Positions 10,401 through 21,500 of a stretch of DNA of 64,000 bases are shown here, piece by piece; the first letter of the stretch is position 1; each line of letters begins with the position of its first letter. The notes beneath the pieces are model-generated. The model saw only the letters and a program-made list of their open reading frames with translations, was not told the DNA's origin and searched no databases. A program made the position numbers and the translations under genes. Origin of the DNA: Nitrosopumilus sp. (GTDB lineage: Archaea; Thermoproteota; Nitrososphaeria; Nitrososphaerales; Nitrosopumilaceae); the NCBI GenBank assembly GCA_965207445.1, contig CBDBLX010000002.1:1911849-1975848 (forward strand). The letters run 5' to 3'.

Positions 10401-12147
10401 CACTAGTAGTTATGGCTCTATCAGGGGTAATGATATCAACCCAACTGTCATCATCACGGTTTGACTCGTAGGTGAATCTTGCATAATCGGTTACGGACTG
10501 TACATCTGCATTTGCAATGGCATAATAGCCAACAAAGGCAAGTGCATCATAAAAATAGATCAAACCTCGTGACACTTGTAGTATACCAGTACTCGGATCG
10601 CGAAACACATACTCATCCCAGTATGTAGTCCCATCAGGAACATCTTCGAACTCCCGTCCATCAGGGGCCCTGAGAGCCTGCCCAGATGGGACCGGTCCTA
10701 CAAAGTGCGGTGTTGCACCATGAGCTATGATATGAGTCTGATTTAGCACCACAGGATATACACCCAATCTGTTGAGCACACCAGAATTAATTACATCAAG
10801 TCCATTTTGCGGATCATGTCTGTATGTGTATAATGCCTCATCAAGTACTGCATGCAGTCTAATGTCAGGCAGAAATATACTTGCCCCAAATATCAGCCCA
10901 TCATAAAGAACCAAGTATGTATGTGTTAATTGATCTGTTCTAGTTGCAGAGTTAAAGTCCATATGCCATACCCAGATACCATCCTCGCCGGCATCTTGCA
11001 ATTGTGTCATAATTTGATCCAGAGGCATATCTGCCATCTCTAGTTGCTCAAAGCGCTCACCTACATTCATCGGCAGTCTTCCGTGCGCCAAAATGCTCAA
11101 TGTGTCAGCATCTAGCACAAAGTTTGATTTCATTGTAAATCGATCAAATGTATCAGGAGTTATTGAATCAAATGCATCTGTTTGGTGTGCCTTGTATAAT
11201 AGCAGTGCAGAGTGTGCTTGTGATTTTGCCTGAGAGTCAGGGGGATAATACCCAGACCCAAACACATAGCCATCATAGAGATATAGCCAAGTGAGTTTAA
11301 GTTCTATAATGTCATTTGCAGGATTATGAAATGTATACGTGACCCATGCAGAGCCTGTTGACTCTAGTTCTGCTTGAACATCTTGAACTGATCTAACAGC
11401 AGTGTCTAGTATGCGCTCTGGTTGTCCCACCCTTGCAGGCACCACACCATCTGCCACTCTGCTCCAATTTGCAAAGTCTATCACAAATGGATACAACTCA
11501 TCAGTTATAATGGCAGTATCAGGTGTTATCATATCAAAGGCATCCACACCATACATCTCATATGATAGTACCGTATTTTCTACTAGTAGTTGAACCTCAA
11601 AGTCTTCAATGTAGTAACCTGCAGCAAATATGTATCCATCATCATGCAAATAAAGCAGCGATTGTTTTGATTGCATTTGTCCGTTTTCAGGATTCGTCTC
11701 CATGTGCCTTAACCATATCTGCCGGTCTTGCTCCAAGTTTGATCGGATTTGAGCAGATGTTAGCTCTGCTATCTCAAATGCAGTTTGGCCCACGTATTCG
11801 TTGCCATTGCCGTGTGCGACGATCTCAAATGTGACATTATCAATTACCAGAGGGAAGGGTGCATCAGAGTTTGGCATGGTGTTGCCACTATTGGTAATCG
11901 TATCAAATGCTGTTTGTCTGTCTTGCTCGTAGATTGCAAGTGTATTGTTGACTGTCAGTTGCACTAGAGTGTTTATGTTGTTTTGGTCGTATTTGATTCG
12001 CTCTTGTGAATTATCATCTATTGCCCATGCTACGGGAATCATACATGCTATAGGAATCATACATGCTACAAATGCAATTAACATTATGTTACTAGTGATC
12101 AAAATTTTATTCTTTTGTCTGCTTTGATCATTTTTGAAATTTATCAT
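7462..12147 (-). CDS. Secreted poly-Cache-domain protein (~12 single-Cache repeats)
   Basis: Signal peptide, then 12 repeats of ~120 aa, each ending in W..Y...NP.TG..E.K.......DG.(I/V)FG(S/T/A)GYY (sCache_2-like). No second TM helix, kinase or MCP domain is visible. Confidence 0.8.
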   Translation of the reverse strand: MINFKNDQSRQKNKILITSNIMLIAFVACMIPIACMIPVAWAIDDNSQERIKYDQNNINTLVQLTVNNTLAIYEQDRQTAFDTITNSGNTMPNSDAPFPLVIDNVTFEIVAHGNGNEYVGQTAFEIAELTSAQIRSNLEQDRQIWLRHMETNPENGQMQSKQSLLYLHDDGYIFAAGYYIEDFEVQLLVENTVLSYEMYGVDAFDMITPDTAIITDELYPFVIDFANWSRVADGVVPARVGQPERILDTAVRSVQDVQAELESTGSAWVTYTFHNPANDIIELKLTWLYLYDGYVFGSGYYPPDSQAKSQAHSALLLYKAHQTDAFDSITPDTFDRFTMKSNFVLDADTLSILAHGRLPMNVGERFEQLEMADMPLDQIMTQLQDAGEDGIWVWHMDFNSATRTDQLTHTYLVLYDGLIFGASIFLPDIRLHAVLDEALYTYRHDPQNGLDVINSGVLNRLGVYPVVLNQTHIIAHGATPHFVGPVPSGQALRAPDGREFEDVPDGTTYWDEYVFRDPSTGILQVSRGLIYFYDALAFVGYYAIANADVQSVTDYARFTYESNRDDDSWVDIITPDRAITTSDLYPFVIDADSWTRLADGVIPARVGQPERILDTSSRTVDEVLDDLRETGGVWVSYKFQNPATGVEQLKRTYLQLKDGLVFGSGFYIFDTHVQAVSHAYVIWLDYFGRDSVIDFLDGVPSRPYTTYVFAVDAQTNMTLAQRVDPALIDHVYDWDAITDVVSPDVIHETLRDDLGMWINYMHKNPITGEYEVKRAWLTLHNGIIFGTGYYASDIAAYDTRYAVYNAINIYYDNIEDDAWIDIITPDKPITSDAYYPFVINASSWTRVADGVVPARVGQPETILDTSSRSVEDVLEELEQKDSVWVTYIFHNPATGVEQLKRTYLVLRDGLVFGSGYYILDSQIQSDTHSIIIEYDRDGRDSALSSINQTLQMPISTYSFAADPATDTTLAQGVDFMTGINNAKYDWNSIIMEYEKQDLLNILSRGTGTWVSYKHVSPITGELELKHSWLVLHDETILGTGYYSHDIPATDSMFIVQNTIEIYENNKENGTSSWVDIITPDESIMTDALYPFVINASSWTRVADGVVPARVGQPETILDTSKRTVDDVLEELEQKGSVWVSYIFHNPATGVEQLKRSFLRLHDGLVFGSGYYVLDSMVQSMAHNVVLEYERDGKRYAINSVNTFDYNAPNTKYTFIVDTITGQTLAQGVNSYFLNYTYDWDSITDTHAESEILIDKLSLGSGLWTSYEHISPATGNLELKHSWLVLHDDLIFGAGYYSTDILETDVIFEVREAIEVYESNPGTWRDIITPDQQLTTDALYPFVINASSWTRVADGVVPARVGQPETILDTSYRSPADVILELNQKGSLWVSYIFHNPATGVEQLKRSFLQIHNDELIFGSGYYILEAEAQSATHNLVLEYGREGREAAISSASMILDSANKRYSFIVNSISDETLAQGVTLADVNEITDWSAITTVLSKQELLDRLRLGSGVWVDYNHTSPVTDQIESKRTWLILYDGLIFGTGYYTSDVRSEVVPGARVCR

Positions 12148-12536
12148 TTGTTATTACCATCCGTTATGAATTTACACGTTATACTTTTTGAACATTACGG
12201 TCTCATACAACTGCCGTCTCACCTGTTTTCTTCATTTTATTTATGTATAAGAATATTTGGTTCTCAGGTTATTTTAAAGGTAGTTGACGTATAGTTATCT
12301 GTAAATATATTAAATTTTGATAGTAAAAGACAATGCAAAATAAAATATGATTTTTTTCAAAAACTAGATAAAAATCACAGGTGGTTTTTTAATTCGTGTG
12401 ATCCAACCGACTCACACTTATCATCATTACATAATGGATACATACTAACAGTACAAAGGTCACAAGTCAGGTTTCTTTGGCCTGGACAGATCAACATCAG
12501 ATGGTTCGCTTGCGCGTTGATACCTGAGACGTTGCG

Positions 12537-15500
12537 TCACCCCACAGTAGACGTTGCAGTGACCACAATCAGTATGATTGCTTCATCCTCCCCACCTCTG
12601 TTGTCGTGTACACCAAACCACACATAATGTTCTCCAATGTCGCGGCCGTGTGGCAACCAGACCAGTTTTCCGGTATCGGAGTCAAATGTCGCATCAGTCA
12701 TGTTCGTGGAAAACACAAGCTTGTCAATTGGTTGATCCAAATCAACTACATCTAGATCAATCTCAAACATTTTTCCGACCGTGACTTTTATGTCCTGTTC
12801 AATAGGTAACAAGAGTACAGGAGGCTCGTTTGACTCTGCTACCTCAATTGAGACAGTCTGGCGTACGGGATCGGCTCTATGGTCAGATACTAATATGCTA
12901 AATACATGTACACCTTGCTGAGTCTCACCTGGCGTCCACTCAAAGACGCCCGTATCAGGATCGAGTGTTGCATTTTCCGGAGGTGAATCATATTTAGCAA
13001 ACGAGTAGACAAGTACATCACCATCTGCGTCAGTCGCGGCAAGATCAAGTCGTAACGGTATGTGCTCAGACACGACAACATGGTCCAGTGGATCAAATTT
13101 AGGAGATGTGTTTTGAATCGTGGTGACGTTGACTATGAGCGTGACCGTGTCAGTACCACCTGCAGGATCAGATACAGACATCTCCACATAATTCATACCA
13201 AAGTCCGATGCATGAGGCATCCAGGTAAAGCGTCCAGTATCAGGACTCATCCATGCATCAGTCATGTTTGTGCTAAACTTTAGTTTGTCACCGTCTGCAT
13301 CATATGCATCAAGATGCACAGTCACCGGAACGCCTAGTGTAGCGTTTCTTGGAGGTACATGCTCAAGTACAGGATTGTGGTTTTGAGTATGGTGTGGTTG
13401 TTCGTCTGCGGGTAGTGGTGTTCTCAGGGAAGATTCTGGTACGTTGTTGTCTGCAGGTAGTGGTGTTTCAGCAGGGGTGGTGGTGGTGGTAGTAGTAGTA
13501 GTAGTAGTGTTTTGGTTCTGTTGTGGATTATCTAGGGTAGGCGGTATTTCTGGACTAGTAAGCTCAGTGTCCGGACTCGTAATGTTGCCAGACGTGTTGT
13601 TATCATCTGCAGGGATTACCACTAGAGGTGTATTTTCAGTAGTAGTCGAGTCACTTGATTCTGCAGGTGATGGTGTCACAATAGCAGGTCCATCATACAC
13701 AGAATCAGACGTCCCATATGTACCATCATCAATTTCAGAGGACACATCAAATATTGACTGGAGTAGTTTCTCAAGTATTACATCAGGTAGGATTGACACC
13801 ACGCCATCATAAATGGTGTGTTTTGCATCATCAGTGTCGCCGGACTCACTAGGGCCAATACTCTCATAGGGTACATCATCACTAGTAGGTACATCTGGAA
13901 CTTGTCTTGTAGGTGCGTCTGGAACTTGTCGTGTAGGTGAATCTCGTATGTCTGTATCCGGGGCCGGTGGCGTGTACACACGTTCTGAATCATCTGCATC
14001 AGGTGGACTGATACTCTCTGTTCCTTTGGGTGTAGGTGTCACATCAGGCGTCGCTTGTGGATCAACTATTGTAGTATCTGGAGTATGTTCCATGTCATCG
14101 AGTCCATCTTGTGTTGAGTCAGATGCACTGGCAGGTGTGTCTTCTTGCGACATATCCCTTGTATCTATATTGGGCAGTATGTCAACAAGTGAGTCCCGTA
14201 CGTTTATGCCAGGAAGCACTCTGCTATGTATATCCGCAAATCGGATCACATCAGAGCATTGGTCTGATGTCAGGAGGAGAGGTGTGTTTACCTCCTTGCC
14301 GCTCCGATCACGTATGCTGATCTCAAATGACGTAGTGTCAGCAGGGAGTCCGGCATAGACAAAGACGTACAAGTTCACTGGTACACTTGAGAGAATATGT
14401 TCATCAAGGTTCACAAAGTTTGTAATATCTGACCCTGGGGTTGTAGTGTTGTCATATGTGATCGACGAGGAGAGGTTGTCACCGTATGTAGCAGCAAGTA
14501 GCGCAAGATATCTCTCGGGGCCGCACAAGTCATACGCAACGGCTATGGGGCTCAGTGTAAGGACCGAGCGGCCGCCATCTCCTCCGCCACCGCCGCCACC
14601 GCCACTCGATCGCGCGCCGTCTCTGGAATCTTGTCTTGGCTCATCGGACACGCGTACCGTACGCTTTGCGCCATCGGCTTCGTTTCCTGCAGTGTCTGTA
14701 CAGCTGTATGTAATTACATATGTTCCTGATACTGAGGTGTCAACGGGGTTTGACACGACAGGATTGATCGATCCATCTGTCTCATCAGTACATATAGCAC
14801 CCTCGTCTGCATATGACTGACCTCTTGTCACGGTGACATCTTGTGGGCCTACAAGTGAGATGATAGGTGGAGTAGTATCAGGCGCGGATACTATGACAAT
14901 GTCCCCGTATGCCACGGCATTTATCAAATTGCCCGCGGTGTCAGAGAACGCACCGGCACCCACCGCGAGTAGATGCGATGAGAGTGCCTCTATGTCAGCG
15001 CGCTGTTGTTCTGTGATTATAATCAGGATACGGGAGTCGTCCTCTGTAGTGACGACCATGGCGCCCGCCAATCCCACGCCGCCGGAGCCATCAGTATGGG
15101 ATACCGAGAGTTTGGCAGGATTAGTTGCAGATACATCCACGTGTTCGTCAAACGTAATTTCAAGTGTACGGTTGTTGTGGTCCAGGTTTAGCCGGGCAGA
15201 CAATACAATCGGGGGTGCTAGATCCTGCACGACTATTTGAGAAGTGGCAGAAATTTCATTGCCTACAATATCCACAAACGCCCCCGACTCCACTCTAAGA
15301 AGAGGAGAGGTCATATTCTGGATGACGGCAGCTTGCGGCCCCGTGAGGTTTATGACGACGACCGGTCCGTCCTCAACAGTGACGATAGTGGCGCCAGTTA
15401 GAACGACGTCTGGCAGTCCGGCGCTCTGTACGTATCGCACACCGGGCCCCTGCGACGCTTCCCACGTTGCGTGCTTGATTGTAGGTAAAGATATGTTTAC

Positions 15501-18500
15501 GCCTTGCGCGTGCCATACGCCCGCGGTAAACAGAGTCCGTTGCGAGCCTGCCACCGTCGGTGTGATGCTGGCAGTAGGATCGGTGCCTTCTGTGATGTAT
15601 ATCTCAGAGAGGTTTATGGCAGATATGTCGACTGGCCCATCAAACGTGATCGTAAGGGTACGTATCTCTGGATGCAGGTTCATCTCAGCTGATATGACCA
15701 CTGGAGGTTCTGTGTCCTGATCAGTTCCTGTCAGTATGGGCGTGGTAGATGCGGTGTTGGATGCGGGGCCCGTGCCCGCTATGTTAGTGGCATTGACGCG
15801 GAACTGGTATGCATTACCGTTAGTCAAGCCCGTGACAGTAGCAGAAGTTGTGCTCGTGACTGGATTGCCTGCAAACGCAGTCCACGAGGCGGCGCTACTC
15901 TGCTTGTATTCAACTGCATATCCGGTGATCTCAGAGTTGCCGTCATTTTCAGGTGCAGACCACGCCAGTTCTGCACGCGCGTTGCCCGCAGTGGCAGTTA
16001 GTCCCGTGGGGGCGTCAGGAGTCGTGTATACTTTGACTGTCCGTTGTATCTGGGCCGCTACGTTGTTAGAGTCATCCCGGCACGAGTATGTTACTGTATA
16101 ATCCTGGACAACAGACGTGTCTACTGAGCTGCTGTCGTCAGTTAATGTGGGTGCGGTGTCAAACGAGTCAGTACAAGTGGCACTTGCATCAGTATAGGTG
16201 GCACCGCGCTGCACAGAGACCGTGGCGGCACCAGTCAGTGTGATGACAGGTGCAGTGGTGTCTGTCACCTCGACGCTGCGCGACACTTGCGTTGCAGCAT
16301 TGTTTGCAGCATCAGTACAGTCGTATGTAACTACATAGGTTCCAAGCGTGCTTGGGTCTACAGTTTCACCGCCGACTGTGGCTGCCTTGTTCGGGTCGAT
16401 GTTATCTTGACATATAGCGCCAGGTTCAGTGTACGTGCCGCCTGCCTCGACGCGTACAAGCGACGGGGTGGTGATGGATATGGTGGGTGGGGTGGTGTCA
16501 GGTACGACGGGTGCGGTGGGCGTGGCGGACGCTACATTTGAGGTAGGTCCCGTGCCCGCTATGTTAGTGGCATTGACGCGGAACTGGTATGCATTACCGT
16601 TAGTCAAGCCCGTGACAGTAGCAGAAGTTGTGCTCGTGACTGGATTGCCTGCAAACGCAGTCCACGAGGCGGCGCTACTCTGCTTGTATTCAACTGCATA
16701 TCCGGTGATCTCAGAGTTGCCGTCATTTTCAGGTGCAGACCACGCCAGTTCTGCACGCGCGTTGCCCGCAGTGGCAGTTAGTCCCGTGGGGGCGTCAGGA
16801 GTCGTGTATACTTTGACTGTCCGTTGTATCTGGGCCGCTACGTTGTTAGAGTCATCCCGGCACGAGTATGTTACTGTATAATCCTGGACAACAGACGTGT
16901 CTACTGAGCTGCTGTCGTCAGTTAATGTGGGTGCGGTGTCAAACGAGTCAGTACAAGTGGCACTTGCATCAGTATAGGTGGCACCGCGCTGCACAGAGAC
17001 CGTGGCGGCACCAGTCAGTGTGATGACAGGTGCAGTGGTGTCTGTCACCTCGACGCTGCGCGACACTTGCGTTGCAGCATTGTTTGCAGCATCAGTACAG
17101 TCGTATGTAACTACATAGGTTCCAAGCGTGCTTGGGTCTACAGTTTCACCGCCGACTGTGGCTGCCTTGTTCGGGTCGATGTTATCTTGACATATAGCGC
17201 CAGGTTCAGTGTACGTGCCGCCTGCCTCGACGCGTACAAGCGACGGGGTGGTGATGGATATGGTGGGTGGGGTGGTGTCAGGTACGACGGGTGCGGTGGG
17301 CGTGGTAGATGCGGTGTTGGATGCGGGGCCCGTGCCCGCTATGTTAGTGGCATTGACGCGGAACTGGTATGCATTACCGTTAGTCAAGCCCGTGACAGTA
17401 GCAGAAGTTGTGCTCGTGACTGGATTGCCTGCAAACGCAGTCCACGAGGCGGCGCTACTCTGCTTGTATTCAACTGCATATCCGGTGATCTCAGAGTTGC
17501 CGTCATTTTCAGGTGCAGACCACGCCAGTTCTGCACGCGCGTTGCCCGCAGTGGCAGTTAGTCCCGTGGGGGCGTCAGGAGTCGTGTATACTTTGACTGT
17601 CCGTTGTATCTGGGCCGCTACGTTGTTAGAGTCATCCCGGCACGAGTATGTTACTGTATAATCCTGGACAACAGACGTGTCTACTGAGCTGCTGTCGTCA
17701 GTTAATGTGGGTGCGGTGTCAAACGAGTCAGTACAAGTGGCACTTGCATCAGTATAGGTGGCACCGCGCTGCACAGAGACCGTGGCGGCACCAGTCAGTG
17801 TGATGACAGGTGCAGTGGTGTCTGTCACCTCGACGCTGCGCGACACTTGCGTTGCAGCATTGTTTGCAGCATCAGTACAGTCGTATGTAACTACATAGGT
17901 TCCAAGCGTGCTTGGGTCTACAGTTTCACCGCCGACTGTGGCTGCCTTGTTCGGGTCGATGTTATCTTGACATATAGCGCCAGGTTCAGTGTACGTGCCG
18001 CCTGCCTCGACGCGTACAAGCGACGGGGTGGTGATGGATATGGTGGGTGGGGTGGTGTCAGGTACGACGGGTGCGGTGGGCGTGGCGGACGCTACATTTG
18101 AGGTAGGTCCCGTGCCCGCTATGTTAGTGGCATTGACGCGGAACTGGTATGCATTACCGTTAGTCAAGCCCGTGACAGTAGCAGAAGTTGTGCTCGTGAC
18201 TGGATTGCCTGCAAACGCAGTCCACGAGGCGGCGCTACTCTGCTTGTATTCAACTGCATATCCGGTGATCTCAGAGTTGCCGTCATTTTCAGGTGCAGAC
18301 CACGCCAGTTCTGCACGCGCGTTGCCCGCAGTGGCAGTTAGTCCCGTGGGGGCGTCAGGAGTCGTGTATACTTTGACTGTCCGTTGTATCTGGGCCGCTA
18401 CGTTGTTAGAGTCATCCCGGCACGAGTATGTTACTGTATAATCCTGGACAACAGACGTGTCTACTGAGCTGCTGTCGTCAGTTAATGTGGGTGCGGTGTC

Positions 18501-21500
18501 AAACGAGTCAGTACAAGTGGCACTTGCATCAGTATAGGTGGCACCGCGCTGCACAGAGACCGTGGCGGCACCAGTCAGTGTGATGACAGGTGCAGTGGTG
18601 TCTGTCACCTCGACGCTGCGCGACACTTGCGTTGCAGCATTGTTTGCAGCATCAGTACAGTCGTATGTAACTACATAGGTTCCAAGCGTGCTTGGGTCTA
18701 CAGTTTCACCGCCGACTGTGGCTGCCTTGTTCGGGTCGATGTTATCTTGACATATAGCGCCAGGTTCAGTGTACGTGCCGCCTGCCTCGACGCGTACAAG
18801 CGACGGGGTGGTGATGGATATGGTGGGTGGGGTGGTGTCAGGTACGACGGGTGCGGTGGGCGTGGCGGACGCTACATTTGAGGTAGGTCCCGTGCCCGCT
18901 ATGTTAGTGGCATTGACGCGGAACTGGTATGCATTACCGTTAGTCAAGCCCGTGACAGTAGCAGAAGTTGTGCTCGTGACTGGATTGCCTGCAAACGCAG
19001 TCCACGAGGCGGCGCTACTCTGCTTGTATTCAACTGCATATCCGGTGATCTCAGAGTTGCCGTCATTTTCAGGTGCAGACCACGCCAGTTCTGCACGCGC
19101 GTTGCCCGCAGTGGCAGTTAGTCCCGTGGGGGCGTCAGGAGTCGTGTATACTTTGACTGTCCGTTGTATCTGGGCCGCTACGTTGTTAGAGTCATCCCGG
19201 CACGAGTATGTTACTGTATAATCCTGGACAACAGACGTGTCTACTGAGCTGCTGTCGTCAGTTAATGTGGGTGTGGTGTCAAACGAGTCAGTACAAGTGG
19301 CACTTGCATCAGTATAGGTGGCACCGCGCTGCACAGAGACCGTGGCGGCACCAGTCAGTGTGATGACAGGTGCAGTGGTGTCTGTCACCTCGACGCTGCG
19401 CGACACTTGCGTTGCAGCATTGTTTGCAGCATCAGTACAGTCGTATGTAACTACATAGGTTCCAAGCGTGCTTGGGTCTACAGTTTCACCGCCGACTGTG
19501 GCTGCCTTGTTCGGGTCGATGTTATCTTGACATATAGCGCCAGGTTCAGTGTACGTGCCGCCTGCCTCGACGCGTACAAGCGACGGGGTGGTGATGGATA
19601 TGGTGGGTGGGGTGGTGTCAGGTACGACGGGTGCGGTGGGCGTGGCGGACGCTACATTTGAGGTAGGTCCCGTGCCCGCTATGTTAGTGGCATTGACGCG
19701 GAACTGGTATGCATTACCGTTAGTCAAGCCCGTGACAGTAGCAGAAGTTGTGCTCGTGACTGGATTGCCTGCAAACGCAGTCCACGAGGCGGCGCTACTC
19801 TGCTTGTATTCAACTGCATATCCGGTGATCTCAGAGTTGCCGTCATTTTCAGGTGCAGACCACGCCAGTTCTGCACGCGCGTTGCCCGCAGTGGCAGTTA
19901 GTCCCGTGGGGGCGTCAGGAGTCGTGTATACTTTGACTGTCCGTTGTATCTGGGCCGCTACGTTGTTAGAGTCATCCCGGCACGAGTATGTTACTGTATA
20001 ATCCTGGACAACAGACGTGTCTACTGAGCTGCTGTCGTCAGTTAATGTGGGTGCGGTGTCAAACGAGTCAGTACAAGTGGCACTTGCATCAGTATAGGTG
20101 GCACCGCGCTGCACAGAGACCGTGGCGGCACCAGTCAGTGTGATGACAGGTGCAGTGGTGTCTGTCACCTCGACGCTGCGCGACACTTGCGTTGCAGCAT
20201 TGTTTGCAGCATCAGTACAGTCGTATGTAACTACATAGGTTCCAAGCGTGCTTGGGTCTACAGTTTCACCGCCGACTGTGGCTGCCTTGTTCGGGTCGAT
20301 GTTATCTTGACATATAGCGCCAGGTTCAGTGTACGTGCCGCCTGCCTCGACGCGTACAAGCGACGGGGTGGTGATGGATATGGTGGGTGGGGTGGTGTCA
20401 GGTACGACGGGTGCGGTGGGCGTGGTAGATGCAGTGTTGGATGCGGGGCCCGTGCCCGCTATGTTAGTGGCATTGACGCGGAACTGGTATGCATTACCGT
20501 TAGTCAAGCCCGTGACAGTAGCAGAAGTTGTGCTCGTGACTGGATTGCCTGCAAACGCAGTCCACGAGGCGGCGCTACTCTGCTTGTATTCAACTGCATA
20601 TCCGGTGATCTCAGAGTTGCCGTCATTTTCAGGTGCAGACCACGCCAGTTCTGCACGCGCGTTGCCCGCAGTGGCAGTTAGTCCCGTGGGGGCGTCAGGA
20701 GTCGTGTATACTTTGACTGTCCGTTGTATCTGGGCCGCTACGTTGTTAGAGTCATCCCGGCACGAGTATGTTACTGTATAATCCTGGACAACAGACGTGT
20801 CTACTGAGCTGCTGTCGTCAGTTAATGTGGGTGTGGTGTCAAACGAGTCAGTACAAGTGGCACTTGCATCAGTATAGGTGGCACCGCGCTGCACAGAGAC
20901 CGTGGCGGCACCAGTCAGTGTGATGACAGGTGCAGTGGTGTCTGTCACCTCGACGCTGCGCGACACTTGCGTTGCAGCATTGTTTGCAGCATCAGTACAG
21001 TCGTATGTAACTACATAGGTTCCAAGCGTGCTTGGGTCTACAGTTTCACCGCCGACTGTGGCTGCCTTGTTCGGGTCGATGTTATCTTGACATATAGCGC
21101 CAGGTTCAGTGTACGTGCCGCCTGCCTCGACGCGTACAAGCGACGGGGTGGTGATGGATATGGTGGGTGGGGTGGTGTCAGGTACGACGGGTGCGGTGGG
21201 CGTGGTAGATGCAGTGTTGGATGCGGGGCCCGTGCCCGCTATGTTAGTGGCATTGACGCGGAACTGGTATGCATTACCGTTAGTCAAGCCCGTGACAGTA
21301 GCAGAAGTTGTGCTCGTGACTGGATTGCCTGCAAACGCAGTCCACGAGGCGGCGCTACTCTGCTTGTATTCAACTGCATATCCGGTGATCTCAGAGTTGC
21401 CGTCATTTTCAGGTGCAGACCACGCCAGTTCTGCACGCGCGTTGCCCGCAGTGGCAGTTAGTCCCGTGGGGGCGTCAGGAGTCGTGTATACTTTGACTGT

